DNA from: a virus | Virus record (IMG/VR): IMGVR_UViG_3300033153_000868 | Location: 50,220-114,219 of that record | DNA: 64,000 nt | Direction: 5' to 3' (one strand) | Part shown: in pieces, positions 20,727 to 33,000 of the stretch | How the letters are laid out: every line of letters starts with the position of its first letter | Numbering within the stretch: position 1 is the stretch's first letter | Translations under genes and position numbers: made by a program | Notes under the pieces: model-generated | Seen by the model: only the letters and a program-made list of their open reading frames with translations | Databases searched by the model: none | What the model was told of the DNA's origin: nothing

Positions 20727-23700
20727 TTATTTACCGTGTATAGCTTTATCTTTTTTCTGCAAAGCTCTATTATTAGTTCTAATATTTTCTAAGAGTTCCT
20801 GCATCTTCATTGTTTGCTGATCAATACCCATTAAACCTTGGCTAAAATCCATTTTCTCTGAGCCAGTTGAAGTTGTATATTCAGTCCAATTAGCTTGTTC
20901 AGCTGGATCTGTTGGCTTAGGATTATATCTATTAATTTCATATATCATATCATAGTCACCGGTTCCATTTTTAGTAATTCTAAAAGTACCTGTATTTGTA
21001 ATTCCATCATCATTAGGAACAACATAATCATGATAAGTACTATTATCTCCTCCTAATATATCCATTTCAGTAGAAGAAAAATAATCATTTTTTCTAGCTT
21101 TAGGGTTTAGATCATACTTTTGATCAAAGACAAGAAATATACCCGTTCCTTGATCATCCTCACCGGCTCCTTTTAATAAAGCAATGTCATCAGTAGTTAA
21201 TGCACCAAATTGTTTTGTAACGTCTGATGTTGGTCCTTTTACTTTTGAAGCTAACCATTCAGACATATTATCTATTTCAAAACCAGCATGCGTTTTGTCT
21301 GCCTTAGATGCTATATCAAAAACAGATTTGTATGAAAGTCTAAATATAGGAGCAATTGCTGCTGTATTAGATCTTTTAGGATTATTAAGCCAAGTTTGTG
21401 TATCTTTTATTAATAGATCCAAAACCTTAGTACCAAGACCATCTCTCTGTAGAAGTTGATCTTCATTTTTCAATGTACCAGTACCTATACCAAATGGAAT
21501 ACCGTTTTCTTTTAAGTACTTTAATTGACCAAGCATGTTTTGCATTTCTCCAAATGCATTGGGGCTTGGTGATAACGGATTAAATTCATATGTATATGTA
21601 GGATTATTTACTATATCTGCATAGCCACCTTGGACACCATTCTTAATAGATTCAAATGAAGCTGACGCAGTGTTAGCATCTCTTTGATCTGTTAAAGCAG
21701 CATTTAATTCTAATGCCAAAGCATCATAAACTTTGTTTGCCTCGTCTCTAATTTCTTCTTTGTTAATGCGTCTTGCAACGTGGGGTATGTTTATAGGTCT
21801 ATCACCTCTTATTGCTTGTACAGCAGGTTTTCCTGTATTTTCTGTTGTAAACATTGTTCCATCTTGATCTGGACTATCTACATAGAACAAAGGCGTAGAA
21901 CTATTAAAAGCCTCTCTAACTTTTACCATGTCATTTCTGCTCATTGTAAATTTGAACTTATAGTTTTTATCAGTACCGCCATCAACAACCCATGATTGAT
22001 CTGTATTAATTAACTCACCTGCTCTAGCCCTTTTTAAAGCTTCTTGATAATGAGCCTCTCTAGAACCATAAGGTACACCATTCTCATCAAACAAACCTGG
22101 CATACCAGCTTCTAACATGCCTTTTATATTTGTAGCTTCAGTAGACCCAGATGTAACAGTATTCAAAACATCATTGTTATCATAAGCCTCTTTATATGTT
22201 CTATATGCTTCTTGAATAATTATATCACCTGCTTTTGCTTTTGTATCTATACCATTAACCCCAACCATTCTATTATACAAAGCATCATATTGTGTTGACT
22301 GATCTTGAGTAGTAGGTATATTATCTTTAGTTACCTGTCTAGTATCTATAAATGCAGCTTTATTTGTATTATATAATTCTTTGATAGCATCTATATATTT
22401 TAACCCTCCAGTTCCATCTGAATTAGCAGGAGTACTTAATATTCTTCTTAAATCACTAATACTTCCATTTACTTCTCCTCTGCCTTTAATATTTATACTA
22501 TAGGTTTGATCTTCAGCATTTGTATTTCCTTTAGGGTACATTAGCTGCAGCATTCCGCTTTGGTTATCTGTACCCAATATTGCTCCAACATAATCTACAG
22601 CAGTAGACTGTAAATGTTCCGCATAAGCTTTTTGTGTAGTTCCTACAATATCTGAATTAGCCGTAAAATTACCATCTTCATCTACTGCACCAGTTATAGT
22701 ATTTGCATCTGAAAGACTAAACACAGGTTCATTTAACATAGATGCTAAATCACCAAAAAAACCACCACCAGCAGCAGCAGATCCTTCAGCCCAAGGTAAT
22801 GCAACAAGGTTTCCTTCCTTGTCATACTTATACCCTTTCTCTAATAAAGTATTATCATCTTTTCTATTTGCTTTATATGCTGCAAGGTTAAATTCATTAG
22901 TAGCACGTGCTTGAATTTCTGCCATGTTATATTTAAACTCCTTTTCCTTAACAGCAAATTCATTAGGTTTCATTTCAAAGATATAGTCTCTAGCACTCCA
23001 TGCTTGAGCAGATTCTTTCATATCATCTATAATGTTACTTTGCATATACAAGTTATATGCTTTATTTATAACATTCTGATTTGTAGGAGTAGGTCTATTG
23101 ACTTCTTGTGCTATTTGTTTTTTAGCTTCTATATCTAATTTATACTTTTCTATATCAGATAGTTGCTCTCTGTCTAGTTTATCAAGACCACTACCCGGTA
23201 CAATACCATTTTTAGCTTTATAGTTAGACCATGTAACAGCAGAATTTTCTGCTTTACGTAATGCTTCTACATCATTATTTAACTCAGCAGAATTTCTAGC
23301 TTCTATTCTTCTAATAGTTTCATTGGCCCACATTTCTTGACCGTTACTAAGAGATGCAGCTGCACCATTATTAACAGCATCAGTTGCAAAGTCCATCCCT
23401 GCAACATAAGCTTCCATTTGATAAGCTTTTTGTACAGAAGGATTATCTAATAGGTTATTTCTAATCTGTTGTAGTGCTGCACCAGTAACCAAAGAACCAT
23501 TTTGTTCAGTAATAATCCAATCAGTGTTGGCTATTTCTTTTCTATTTTCACGTGATACAGGTTTATTAGGATCAAAGTTTGGGTTTGGTACTTTAGCAAA
23601 CCTATCCATTTTCATTTTCAATGGTGGATCCATGTTAGCCAACATTTGCTGACTCATTTTAAATAAGTTAGCTTTAGGCACATAATCAGGCAAAGACATT

Positions 23701-24185
23701 CTTAATGCATCTTCTGGATCAGAATTAATAAACTCATCCATTTTATATTGCATGCCTCTCATTCCAACATCCCAGTATTTTTCTTGTACCGTTTGATCAG
23801 GAGAATTTAATAAGTTCTGTGCTCTTTGTGATTGATCTCTAAACCTTGAGGTATAGACCATATCCTTTACAGTAATATCATCTTCATAGAATGGTGCAAA
23901 AACACTTTTAGCCGCATCTACATTAGAAGCTAATGATAAATCTAATCCTGATATTTGTTCTATTTGAGGAGCAATTTGCTCAGCATATTGATCTCTCCTC
24001 TCTTTAGTATCTTCTCTTGATAAGTCTGCATAAACAACTTTATTATATAAGTCATTTGTAGCTTTGTAATTAGCATCATACTTATCAGTTCTAGTTTGTA
24101 GAACAGCAGACAAGAATTTATAATCCGGTGTAAACGGTTTAATGTCTGGTAAATAAGTATCTGCTCCTTTAACGTATGTTGCCAT
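20727..24185 (-). CDS. Large putative internal virion (cargo/ejection) protein
   Basis: 1152 aa, no Cys, helical character. Lies between cargo genes and the vRNAP, as in crAss-like phages. Confidence 0.6.
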   Translation of the reverse strand: MATYVKGADTYLPDIKPFTPDYKFLSAVLQTRTDKYDANYKATNDLYNKVVYADLSREDTKERRDQYAEQIAPQIEQISGLDLSLASNVDAAKSVFAPFYEDDITVKDMVYTSRFRDQSQRAQNLLNSPDQTVQEKYWDVGMRGMQYKMDEFINSDPEDALRMSLPDYVPKANLFKMSQQMLANMDPPLKMKMDRFAKVPNPNFDPNKPVSRENRKEIANTDWIITEQNGSLVTGAALQQIRNNLLDNPSVQKAYQMEAYVAGMDFATDAVNNGAAASLSNGQEMWANETIRRIEARNSAELNNDVEALRKAENSAVTWSNYKAKNGIVPGSGLDKLDREQLSDIEKYKLDIEAKKQIAQEVNRPTPTNQNVINKAYNLYMQSNIIDDMKESAQAWSARDYIFEMKPNEFAVKEKEFKYNMAEIQARATNEFNLAAYKANRKDDNTLLEKGYKYDKEGNLVALPWAEGSAAAGGGFFGDLASMLNEPVFSLSDANTITGAVDEDGNFTANSDIVGTTQKAYAEHLQSTAVDYVGAILGTDNQSGMLQLMYPKGNTNAEDQTYSINIKGRGEVNGSISDLRRILSTPANSDGTGGLKYIDAIKELYNTNKAAFIDTRQVTKDNIPTTQDQSTQYDALYNRMVGVNGIDTKAKAGDIIIQEAYRTYKEAYDNNDVLNTVTSGSTEATNIKGMLEAGMPGLFDENGVPYGSREAHYQEALKRARAGELINTDQSWVVDGGTDKNYKFKFTMSRNDMVKVREAFNSSTPLFYVDSPDQDGTMFTTENTGKPAVQAIRGDRPINIPHVARRINKEEIRDEANKVYDALALELNAALTDQRDANTASASFESIKNGVQGGYADIVNNPTYTYEFNPLSPSPNAFGEMQNMLGQLKYLKENGIPFGIGTGTLKNEDQLLQRDGLGTKVLDLLIKDTQTWLNNPKRSNTAAIAPIFRLSYKSVFDIASKADKTHAGFEIDNMSEWLASKVKGPTSDVTKQFGALTTDDIALLKGAGEDDQGTGIFLVFDQKYDLNPKARKNDYFSSTEMDILGGDNSTYHDYVVPNDDGITNTGTFRITKNGTGDYDMIYEINRYNPKPTDPAEQANWTEYTTSTGSEKMDFSQGLMGIDQQTMKMQELLENIRTNNRALQKKDKAIHGK

Positions 24186-24244
24186 AATGTAAAATTAATA
24201 TAATTATATAAGTTTACAAAGTGTTTTGTATAAACCCTTTAGGT

Positions 24245-27208
24245 TTACATTCCCATCTTACCACTGTAAAATGGTACTGCCCACTTTGATAACTTTTTTA
24301 TTTCTTTTCCTTTTTGTGATCTAGTTATTGTATTCCTAGCTGCATCATATCCTACTGGTGCTCCTTGAGTGTTAAGTTCATTTTGACCATATGTTCTTTG
24401 AGTATTAGTAGAAGAACTTACAGGACCATATATTCTTTCCCACATGCTTTCTGTAACTTCCCTTTGATTACCCTTTTCATCTTTACCAACAAGTTCTTGC
24501 AGTCTTTGCCACTTTTCTATATTTGATTGAACTTGATCTCCTTGATTATCTTTCATTAATTTTTTGCCATTTGGACCAAATTCTACTATACCTGCTCTAG
24601 ATGGATTAACATTATAATAATCATACAGTTGATTCATATTATATGTATTAGCCATATTGGTAAGTCCTGCATTATATAACTCATTTGTTTTTGCAGTTTG
24701 CCAATTCTTAAAGTTATCGGCATTTTGCAATGCAGTAACTGTATCATCATATAGTTTTTTGGTTGTTGCATTATTTAACTGATCAACTTTCATGTCTAAC
24801 TGAGGCTGCATAGTTGCAACTTGATTCATAGTTCTGACATTGTTCTGATTAACTTGATTAATAGCTTTAGCATTAGCATCTAAAGTTTTACCTTGAATGT
24901 TACTACGTGCAATTGCCTGTGGACCATAAGCACCTAGTGCCTGCGCCATTGTATTTTGAGCAGCAAGATTAGCATTTACTCTACCAGTATAGTCATCTAA
25001 TACATAATCAATTTTTTGATCCTCTAATACTGGAGCAAATGGAAGATATAGATTATCTTTTATATTATTTTGTGCAATAAGGTTATTTATATCTTGTTGC
25101 CACCATTGTGGATCTACTTCTGGTTTAGGTTGTACTGCTGGTTTCTTTGTAATCTTTTCTGGATCATCTGGTAAATCCATAAACTTCTCATCTCTTGGTT
25201 GATAGTTCATATCAAAACCAGGAGCATTTACAGTATAACCACCTCTCTTACCATCAAATCTTCTTTTTTTCCATTCTTTATCTAGCTTACCATCTCCATC
25301 CTTATCATATGTAGCAGGATCATTTTTAAGTCTTTCTGCTAATACTTCATCTGTAAAGAAGTAAGGAATATATTGAACACCTTTTTTGTCAAAGTATTCT
25401 TTTCTTTTTTCTTCATATTTATTTTGAAATGTTCTCCAGTTTTTATCATAATCCGGATCTGACATTTTCATATTAAACTTAAAGTCAACCCCCTCTTCTT
25501 CTTTCATTGCATCAATGACTGCTTTATTTCTGTAATAAAAATCTTTTTCAGAATCCTCACTAGAAAAAACATTTGAACCATAGCCAAAATTATCTGTATT
25601 TACAGCTTGAACATCAGGTAATTGATTACCAGAATACTTACCACTTATAAAAGTTGCTATATCACCTACATTAGGATCCTCATTTAATTCTTGCTGAGTT
25701 CTTATATCTGGTGTATATGTATCTGCAAGAGCTCCTGAACCTGCTATTTTATCTTGATCAAATACTTGTACTTTAGTGCCTTCTTTCATGGTTCTACCAT
25801 CAACAGCTTCTCTTACAAAAGATATTTTGTTTTTACCATCTTTCTTTACTACAGTAGGAATATATCCATCTGCTATATATTGATCATATTGTTTAGCCTT
25901 TTCACTTCCTGCTGCATATGGATTTTTATTACCACCAGACTCTACAACAGTTTCTACTTGTTTGTCAGTAGCTCCTACTTGCTTATCAGTTGTTACAGCT
26001 TCTGCCTCAGTTTCTGTTACTGTCTCAGTTACATCTTCTGTAATTCTGTATTCTTCAGGTACTTGACCATTTTGAATTGCAGCAATAGCTTGTCTTCTCA
26101 ATTCTGATTTAGGAATAGGATCAGAGCCATCTTCTAAATACCAAGCTTTACCATCCCAAGTAGCATCTTTCATGTTCTTAGGATAACCAAGATTTTTTCT
26201 TTTATAATACTGTCTAGCAGTTTCACCTTTCTTTTGATAGCTTTCTAGTTCTTTACCTTCTCCTGCTTTAATTAAAAAGTCACCCAGCTCAGTACCAAAT
26301 TGAGCCATATTGCCAATCATAGCATTATTTTCCATAGCTAATCCTGGTTCACCTGCAGGTGGCATAAATGCATCCATTGGTGCAGGCATTCCTTGTTGTG
26401 GCATTTGTTGTTGAATATCTTGTTGTTGCATTTGTTGAGCCATCATTTCTTGCAACATCATTATTTGTTGCTGTTGCTCTAATGGTAATGATGCAAATGC
26501 TTTGGCTTCTGCTTCTTTTCTTGATATCTCTTCTACTTTAGCAGTAAACTCAATTGGGTCTTCGCCAATAGAAACCAAGTATGGATGAGATGCTAAAGGC
26601 ACCCCATCTGAAAAATCTTTTTTAGCTTCTTGTATAAAGGCAAGTTTAGATAAATCATTCATATTTTTTTTAAGCATAAGCTCTGCACTTGTAGCAGAAA
26701 TATTATCTGCATATTGTGAATCTAATTCTGCATAATAATCTTGCAACCCAAACTTTTTAGAAATTTTAGCTGGGGTTTTTCTACTTCCTCCTAATCCAAA
26801 CTCACTCATTTCATCTTTTGAAAGTTTAAGTTTTCTTGTATCAGAAAAAATAAAAGATTGTTCTGGCAAAAACATTGGTACACCACCACTACTATGTCTT
26901 GGTCCTGTTATATCATATAAACCAAATGTTCCATCATCATTTAAATCAGTTAATACTGTTTCTCCACCTTCTGCTTCTAAGTTAGCATCTTCTCTAGGTA
27001 CACTAGATAAACTATATCTAACAGATTCATCTTGTGAATTATTAAAGTTAGTGCTACCATAATATGCTTGTGGAGTTGTAACCAAACCATAATCAGCTTG
27101 ATCACCTGTTGTCATACCACCATCTCTCATAGACTTTGCATCTTCAACAACTTTTCCATTACGGATGCTGAAACCTTGCGGTAATTTGTTTATTTTAATT
27201 TTTGCCAT
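24245..27208 (-). CDS. Putative internal virion cargo protein
   Basis: 987 aa with ANLEAEGGETV...GPRHSSGGV, a motif I recognise from crAss-like cargo proteins. Has a Q/M-rich linker and an N/Q-rich coiled C-terminal region. No Cys. Confidence 0.65.
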   Translation of the reverse strand: MAKIKINKLPQGFSIRNGKVVEDAKSMRDGGMTTGDQADYGLVTTPQAYYGSTNFNNSQDESVRYSLSSVPREDANLEAEGGETVLTDLNDDGTFGLYDITGPRHSSGGVPMFLPEQSFIFSDTRKLKLSKDEMSEFGLGGSRKTPAKISKKFGLQDYYAELDSQYADNISATSAELMLKKNMNDLSKLAFIQEAKKDFSDGVPLASHPYLVSIGEDPIEFTAKVEEISRKEAEAKAFASLPLEQQQQIMMLQEMMAQQMQQQDIQQQMPQQGMPAPMDAFMPPAGEPGLAMENNAMIGNMAQFGTELGDFLIKAGEGKELESYQKKGETARQYYKRKNLGYPKNMKDATWDGKAWYLEDGSDPIPKSELRRQAIAAIQNGQVPEEYRITEDVTETVTETEAEAVTTDKQVGATDKQVETVVESGGNKNPYAAGSEKAKQYDQYIADGYIPTVVKKDGKNKISFVREAVDGRTMKEGTKVQVFDQDKIAGSGALADTYTPDIRTQQELNEDPNVGDIATFISGKYSGNQLPDVQAVNTDNFGYGSNVFSSEDSEKDFYYRNKAVIDAMKEEEGVDFKFNMKMSDPDYDKNWRTFQNKYEEKRKEYFDKKGVQYIPYFFTDEVLAERLKNDPATYDKDGDGKLDKEWKKRRFDGKRGGYTVNAPGFDMNYQPRDEKFMDLPDDPEKITKKPAVQPKPEVDPQWWQQDINNLIAQNNIKDNLYLPFAPVLEDQKIDYVLDDYTGRVNANLAAQNTMAQALGAYGPQAIARSNIQGKTLDANAKAINQVNQNNVRTMNQVATMQPQLDMKVDQLNNATTKKLYDDTVTALQNADNFKNWQTAKTNELYNAGLTNMANTYNMNQLYDYYNVNPSRAGIVEFGPNGKKLMKDNQGDQVQSNIEKWQRLQELVGKDEKGNQREVTESMWERIYGPVSSSTNTQRTYGQNELNTQGAPVGYDAARNTITRSQKGKEIKKLSKWAVPFYSGKMGM

Positions 27209-27210
27209 AA

Positions 27211-30012
27211 TTATAATTTTTCTATGTCAGCTCCAGCTGCAATTAGTTTTGCCAACATTCTTGAATCAACTTCTACAGTCTGCTCTCCTCCATTTTGTTT
27301 TTTTGATTTAATCAAATGAATGTAACCATTGTCATCATCATAATAATCAGCGGTCTTAAAATCATATGATCTACCATCTTCACTTGGATCTGAAGTATAA
27401 TAAGGAGCTTTATTTTTATAATTTACATTAACAGGTTGACCTGCATTATATGCTTCAGGATCAATTTGTGATGCTAAGTATTGTTGTAGTTTAAACTCAG
27501 GAAACATTCTAGCACCACTTAAGTTATTGCTATTACCTATAAACAGTGTATCATTTTCAGTAACTCCCATTTGAGACATAATATCTTTTATAGCAGTTTT
27601 ATCATTTTTGTTTTTATCTCTAAATAACTCTATATACTCTTGTAGATAATTATGATCATAGTTTTTAATTCTTTCTTTTCTTTCTTTTCTTGTTTCTCCA
27701 GCATCTTGAGCTTTAGCTAACTCTCTTTTAATAACTCTATCTCTATTTGCTAAGTATGCTTCTTCTCCTTTAGCTCCACCATATGCCATATTACTAAGTA
27801 TGTTATGCTGTGCTTCTGGAGGCAATGCTTTAAAGCCAGGATTGTTTACACCACCACCTTCTTTACTCATATATAATCCTGTTGTTCTATCACCCTCACT
27901 ACCCATTAGTCCGGTGTTTACATCAAAAGTCCCCCTCTTATTAAATGCATCAGTAGTAGTTCCATATAAATTATCTGCAACTACATCACCACGCATATCT
28001 GCATAAGCATTATTCCATTCTTTTTGCTGGTAAATATCATTAAAAATATCAGCTGTTTGAACTGCTGCATTAGATAAATCACCAAATAATCTACCACCTA
28101 TTGTATTTGGAAATCTTAGTAAGCTATTATTAAAATTACTAAGTAAAGCATTAGGACTTTTATCCTTTTTGGCTGTAGGAAGATTTATATCTCCAAATAA
28201 ATCTGCTGCTGTTCTTTGAGCAGGTTGACTATTTGTTTGATCTTCTGTTGGATTTGGATTAAAAGGATTATCAAACTGTTCTTCATATTCTGCATACAGC
28301 TGTTGAGCATTGGCACCACCTCTTGTAACAGGGTCTTGCACCACCCATTCCTTAAAGGTAAGCTTATCATTTGCTACCGGACCTCCAGCTGAACCTGCAT
28401 ACTGTTTAATAGGAAGCTCTGCTCCATACATAGCAAACATTTCTTGAAAGTCTGTAAGATAAGGAAGGCCTTTTTCAAACTTTGGGTCTAAAGGACCATC
28501 ATAGTCTTTTGGTATAAACATATCAAAATTCGGATCATTACCTTCAATAGCATCTTCACCAGGTCCTTGATTAAATTCAGGATCTAAATCTACTTCTTGT
28601 GGATCTTTCTTTTCAGTAGCAGGAAACCTACCTTCAGCAGACATTGGATCTACTTGATATTCAGTTGGTATTTCTTGTCCTTTCTTTTTTAATATAGATT
28701 CAATATATGCTTTTGTTTCTGCTGTTCCTGTTTGCCATTTCTTTAGCAGATCATCAGAGATTTTTTTTACTGCACTTGGAGCATTTACATCATCTAGTAT
28801 TCTATCTGCTTCTGTTTTTATAATATTTCCTAATGCATCTTTCTGTTGATCTAGTTCTGGATTTTCAATTTTAAATTGTTCAAACCATTTAGCTGCAGCA
28901 TTTTTATTTTCATCACTTAAATCAAATTCAAATTTATATTTAGTATCTGCTGCTTTTTGTAATTGATTAGATATTCTTCTTCCTTTCCAATCTCTAAAAC
29001 TGCCATCTTTTACACCATCACCATCTTCATCTTTACCGCTAAATAAATCTTTTCCTACTGAACTAATTGCATTAAGAGTTTTACCCAAATTTAAACCACT
29101 GCTTGTTTTAAATAAAGCAGGATTAAACATAAAAGGATCTGGATTTATATATCCATTGTCATTTTGATCTACATAATCTTTAATTACATTTTTATCTTGA
29201 TCAGTGACTTTTACATTATTACCAGAAATATCTATATTACTATTCTTTGCAGCATTTGCAAAAGAATTCATCATGTCTAAGTTATCTGTGCCAGCAGAGT
29301 TTGATGTTTCTTTTCCTTCTTGTGCTTTAGGTGCATCATGAGTATATCCGGCTTTCTTTAATCTAAGGTGAGCTTCATGATCCCTTGCTCTAATCTTTCT
29401 ATCACCTTTATACATAAAGTGTGGCTCAAATTCACCACCTTCTTCCTTCTTCCATCCAGCAGCATTCTTAGCAAAGTTTGCCATTTTTACTACTGATGGT
29501 GGATAATTATCCGTGTTACTCATAACTTTGTTATAAGCTTCAGATACTGACATACCTCTTGCTTTAGCCCATCTAGTAAACTTACCTTTATTTTCAGGTT
29601 TAATTTCTATACCAGATTTAGCTTGATCAATAGATGTAATATCCATATCCATAGCAGGAGCTTGTTCTTGCATTTCTTCTGCTCTTGCTAGTTGTTGAGG
29701 ATTATTTGTTATTTCTTGAGGGCTGGGTTCTTTTGGTTGTTGCATCCTTTGAACTTCTTCAAACAATTGAATGATTGCTTCCTCTTCATAACCAAGTTGC
29801 ATAAGTGCTTGACCTATAAGATTTTGATCTACTTCTTGTTGCATTAATCCCATTAATACTTCTTGAGGTTGTCTACCCTCATCAATAGATGTAGAAAATA
29901 TTTCAGTTATTTGCATAACTTGTGGATCAACTTGAGGCTGCTGTTGCATTCCAGGTTGACCAGGCATCATTGCACCTCCTTGTTGTTTTACACTTTTTTT
30001 GTTTAAATCCAC
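27211..30012 (-). CDS. Putative internal virion cargo protein built of short modules
   Basis: 933 aa, GTG start, Q/M-rich N-terminus. Contains an IKPENKGKFT...ANFAKNA module that I recognise from crAss-like virion proteins, and many xAQxGGE-like motifs. No Cys. Confidence 0.65.
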   Translation of the reverse strand: MDLNKKSVKQQGGAMMPGQPGMQQQPQVDPQVMQITEIFSTSIDEGRQPQEVLMGLMQQEVDQNLIGQALMQLGYEEEAIIQLFEEVQRMQQPKEPSPQEITNNPQQLARAEEMQEQAPAMDMDITSIDQAKSGIEIKPENKGKFTRWAKARGMSVSEAYNKVMSNTDNYPPSVVKMANFAKNAAGWKKEEGGEFEPHFMYKGDRKIRARDHEAHLRLKKAGYTHDAPKAQEGKETSNSAGTDNLDMMNSFANAAKNSNIDISGNNVKVTDQDKNVIKDYVDQNDNGYINPDPFMFNPALFKTSSGLNLGKTLNAISSVGKDLFSGKDEDGDGVKDGSFRDWKGRRISNQLQKAADTKYKFEFDLSDENKNAAAKWFEQFKIENPELDQQKDALGNIIKTEADRILDDVNAPSAVKKISDDLLKKWQTGTAETKAYIESILKKKGQEIPTEYQVDPMSAEGRFPATEKKDPQEVDLDPEFNQGPGEDAIEGNDPNFDMFIPKDYDGPLDPKFEKGLPYLTDFQEMFAMYGAELPIKQYAGSAGGPVANDKLTFKEWVVQDPVTRGGANAQQLYAEYEEQFDNPFNPNPTEDQTNSQPAQRTAADLFGDINLPTAKKDKSPNALLSNFNNSLLRFPNTIGGRLFGDLSNAAVQTADIFNDIYQQKEWNNAYADMRGDVVADNLYGTTTDAFNKRGTFDVNTGLMGSEGDRTTGLYMSKEGGGVNNPGFKALPPEAQHNILSNMAYGGAKGEEAYLANRDRVIKRELAKAQDAGETRKERKERIKNYDHNYLQEYIELFRDKNKNDKTAIKDIMSQMGVTENDTLFIGNSNNLSGARMFPEFKLQQYLASQIDPEAYNAGQPVNVNYKNKAPYYTSDPSEDGRSYDFKTADYYDDDNGYIHLIKSKKQNGGEQTVEVDSRMLAKLIAAGADIEKL

Positions 30013-30072
30013 GTTGATAATATTATATTATTAATATACAAATAATTAGGGAGATTCACTAATCTTTATGGT

Positions 30073-33000
30073 TTAAGCTTTATAAAGATGAGTCAAAATA
30101 TAATTTGGTGGAGACATGTTTCCTAACTCTTTTGCATCTTTATAATGTTTTCTATTTAATTTATCATATATACTTTTAGCTTTAGCTTCTTCATTAGTAC
30201 CATCATATATTCCATCCATATAATCTTTATACATCTGAAGCTTTTTCTTTTCTCCACCTATTTTATAATCTGGCATGTACTTACCCAATTGCTGAAATTT
30301 CAAATATTTAGCATTTTTCTTAACTCCTTCAGTATATGTCTTACCGTCATCTTTGCTTGAACCACCCCAATGTTTAGGAAGAGTATTAAACAAATCATTT
30401 CTATCTACACCTTCTCTATTGTTAGCTAAAAATGCTAATCTTAACACAGTAGCAATTGCTGCTTTCTCAGGATCTAACAAATCTTTATTAGATGTTATTC
30501 CAAATTTCTTTAAAATATTTATTTGTTTTTTATTTTCTGGTAAGTTTTTATCTTCTTTAGCTATATTTTCCCATCTAAGCTGAGTTAACCCAACACTATT
30601 ATAATCTTCTTGTGCACTTTTAGAATAAGTTGGTAAGTTAATATTTGATGATTGTGCTGCAATTGCTAATAAAGGAGAAACATTTGATAACTGATTAGTG
30701 GTATCTAATGTAAAACCTTCATATTTTTTAAACACATCAGGAGATGAAGTTACAGTAGGTAACAGATTAGTTGAACCTACTACTGGCAATTGACCTTTTT
30801 TATTTAGGTCAGCAACATATTTGTTGGCTCCTCTTAAAAGGTTACCTGATTTACTATGCGTGTCACCAAAATTAGATTCATTACCATAAATACCAAAAGC
30901 AATTCTAGCAATATCATTATATACATCACTAGGTATACCTGCTTCTTGCATTATTTGTTTCTTGTTATTTACTAAAGCATTTATAAATGGCTTTGTTGAA
31001 TTTTCTTGTTCTTCTTTATCTGATGTATCTGACGTAAAGAAATTACCAACAGATTTTAAACCTCCTGTTTCATTATACACATCTTCTTCAAAAGCCTGTT
31101 GATCAAACACTGGACGTATAGGTTGATAGTTTAATGTGTTTACAGTATAGTTAGATCCTTGTTGAGTTTGCTCACTACCTTTAGAGTCAATATAATTAGA
31201 TGCATATTTTTCTCTATTATCTTTAGACATTTTTAATACAGCTTGTCCATCAACCCATTGGAAATTATTACCTTCATCTTCTGGTAATATATATACTGCT
31301 GTACCTGCTGGCATTCCTAAATCATATAATGCTTGCAAATCACTACATTGACCATTTACACAGCCATTACTTGCTCTATTATTATCTATATTACCATCAT
31401 CAAATAAACCTTTTCTACCTTTTGTGGGTCCATGAATAGCTGTAGCTACATCTATATCAGTACCATCTGTATATAAATTAAATGAAGGAACACCTTTACC
31501 ACCATATTTATCAGGTGAATCAGCATAACTTTCTTTTATATAATACTTACCAGCACCTGTATTTTTATTACCGGCACTCCAATTAGGAATCCACTTACCA
31601 TTTCTTTTATCTTCATCTGTTATTTGTCCATCATTATTCAAATCCCACATTTTTGTTACAGTTAAAGCATCACCTTCATTAGCACCTGTAAGAACTTCAA
31701 AATCTAATACTGGTTTGCCACCCCTCCAAACTTCTAATCTTTTTGTTTTTTTGTTTACTATAACATAATGACCATTTGGATCATTAACCATTTGTGATTT
31801 TTTTATAATATCTTCATCAGATGAATCATTAATATTTCTTCTATCCTGATCCAACAGCTCAACATCTTGCCAAGTTTCTTCAATTTCATCTACTGGTTCA
31901 TATGAATCTTGAGGTATCCTTAGTTCTTGATTAACAAAAATTTCATTAATATTAGATATATCATTTTCTTGTGCTAACTTTCTTACTGTTGTACCATATT
32001 TAGTTGCTATTCTTCCAAGAGTATCACCAGACTTTACATCATAAAAAGCATATTTAGTTTTACTCTTTGGTAATTTTATTTCTTGATTTATTGAAATCTT
32101 ACTCGGATTAGCTATATCATTTAACTCAGCTATCTCATCTACAGTAGTTCCATATTTATCTGCTATTCTAGTTAAGTTATCTCCAGACTTTACAGTGTAT
32201 ATATTTAATTCTTCTTTTGGTTTTTCATTTTGTTTTTCTGGTTCACGTAAAGGGCCAACAAAAGAAGAGTTTAATTCTGGAAGTTCTTCAACATAATTAG
32301 ATGGCATCCATAATTGACTATAGTCATAACCTTCTTGCTCATTTTCTCTCACAGGTCCAGCAAATTGTTTTTCAGGAAGATCATCTTGATATTTATATAA
32401 TTGCTTATAGTAATCATATGCTTCATCAGTAGTTGTCTTTAGAAAATTTTCCTGTACATTAGGTCTGCCTTCTGTATTTTTATCAAACAAAATCATATCA
32501 ATATAATCTTGAGTTTCTTTAGGTAATCTAGAAACCCATTGAACATCATTATATATATCCAGACCTTCTTCTTTTAATTCATTTAGCAAATCTCTTGTAT
32601 TACCTCTACCCCAGTTATATGCTGCTAGTGTTTTAATCAATCTTACATCTTGATCTTGATTTTCCTTATTTATAAATGATGAGTTATACAATTCATTCAT
32701 AGACCATTCTTGGACATCATGATTTTGTTCAGGATCATATGGATCTATTTCTTTAACATTTTTTGCTTTCTTATAATCTGCTATAAGACTATCTCCTATT
32801 TGACCAAGACCCATATAACCTGCACTACTTTTAGCTTTTGGATTTAAGTTAGATTCAACAAAAGCTTGCTTATACAATAGATTAGGGTTAATACTATTTT
32901 TATTTTCTACCTTTTTATCAGAGTCTTTAGGGATATAGATTCTATCATAAAACTCATATGGTTTTATGGCTGCATTTGCTATACTGTTAAAATCATACTT

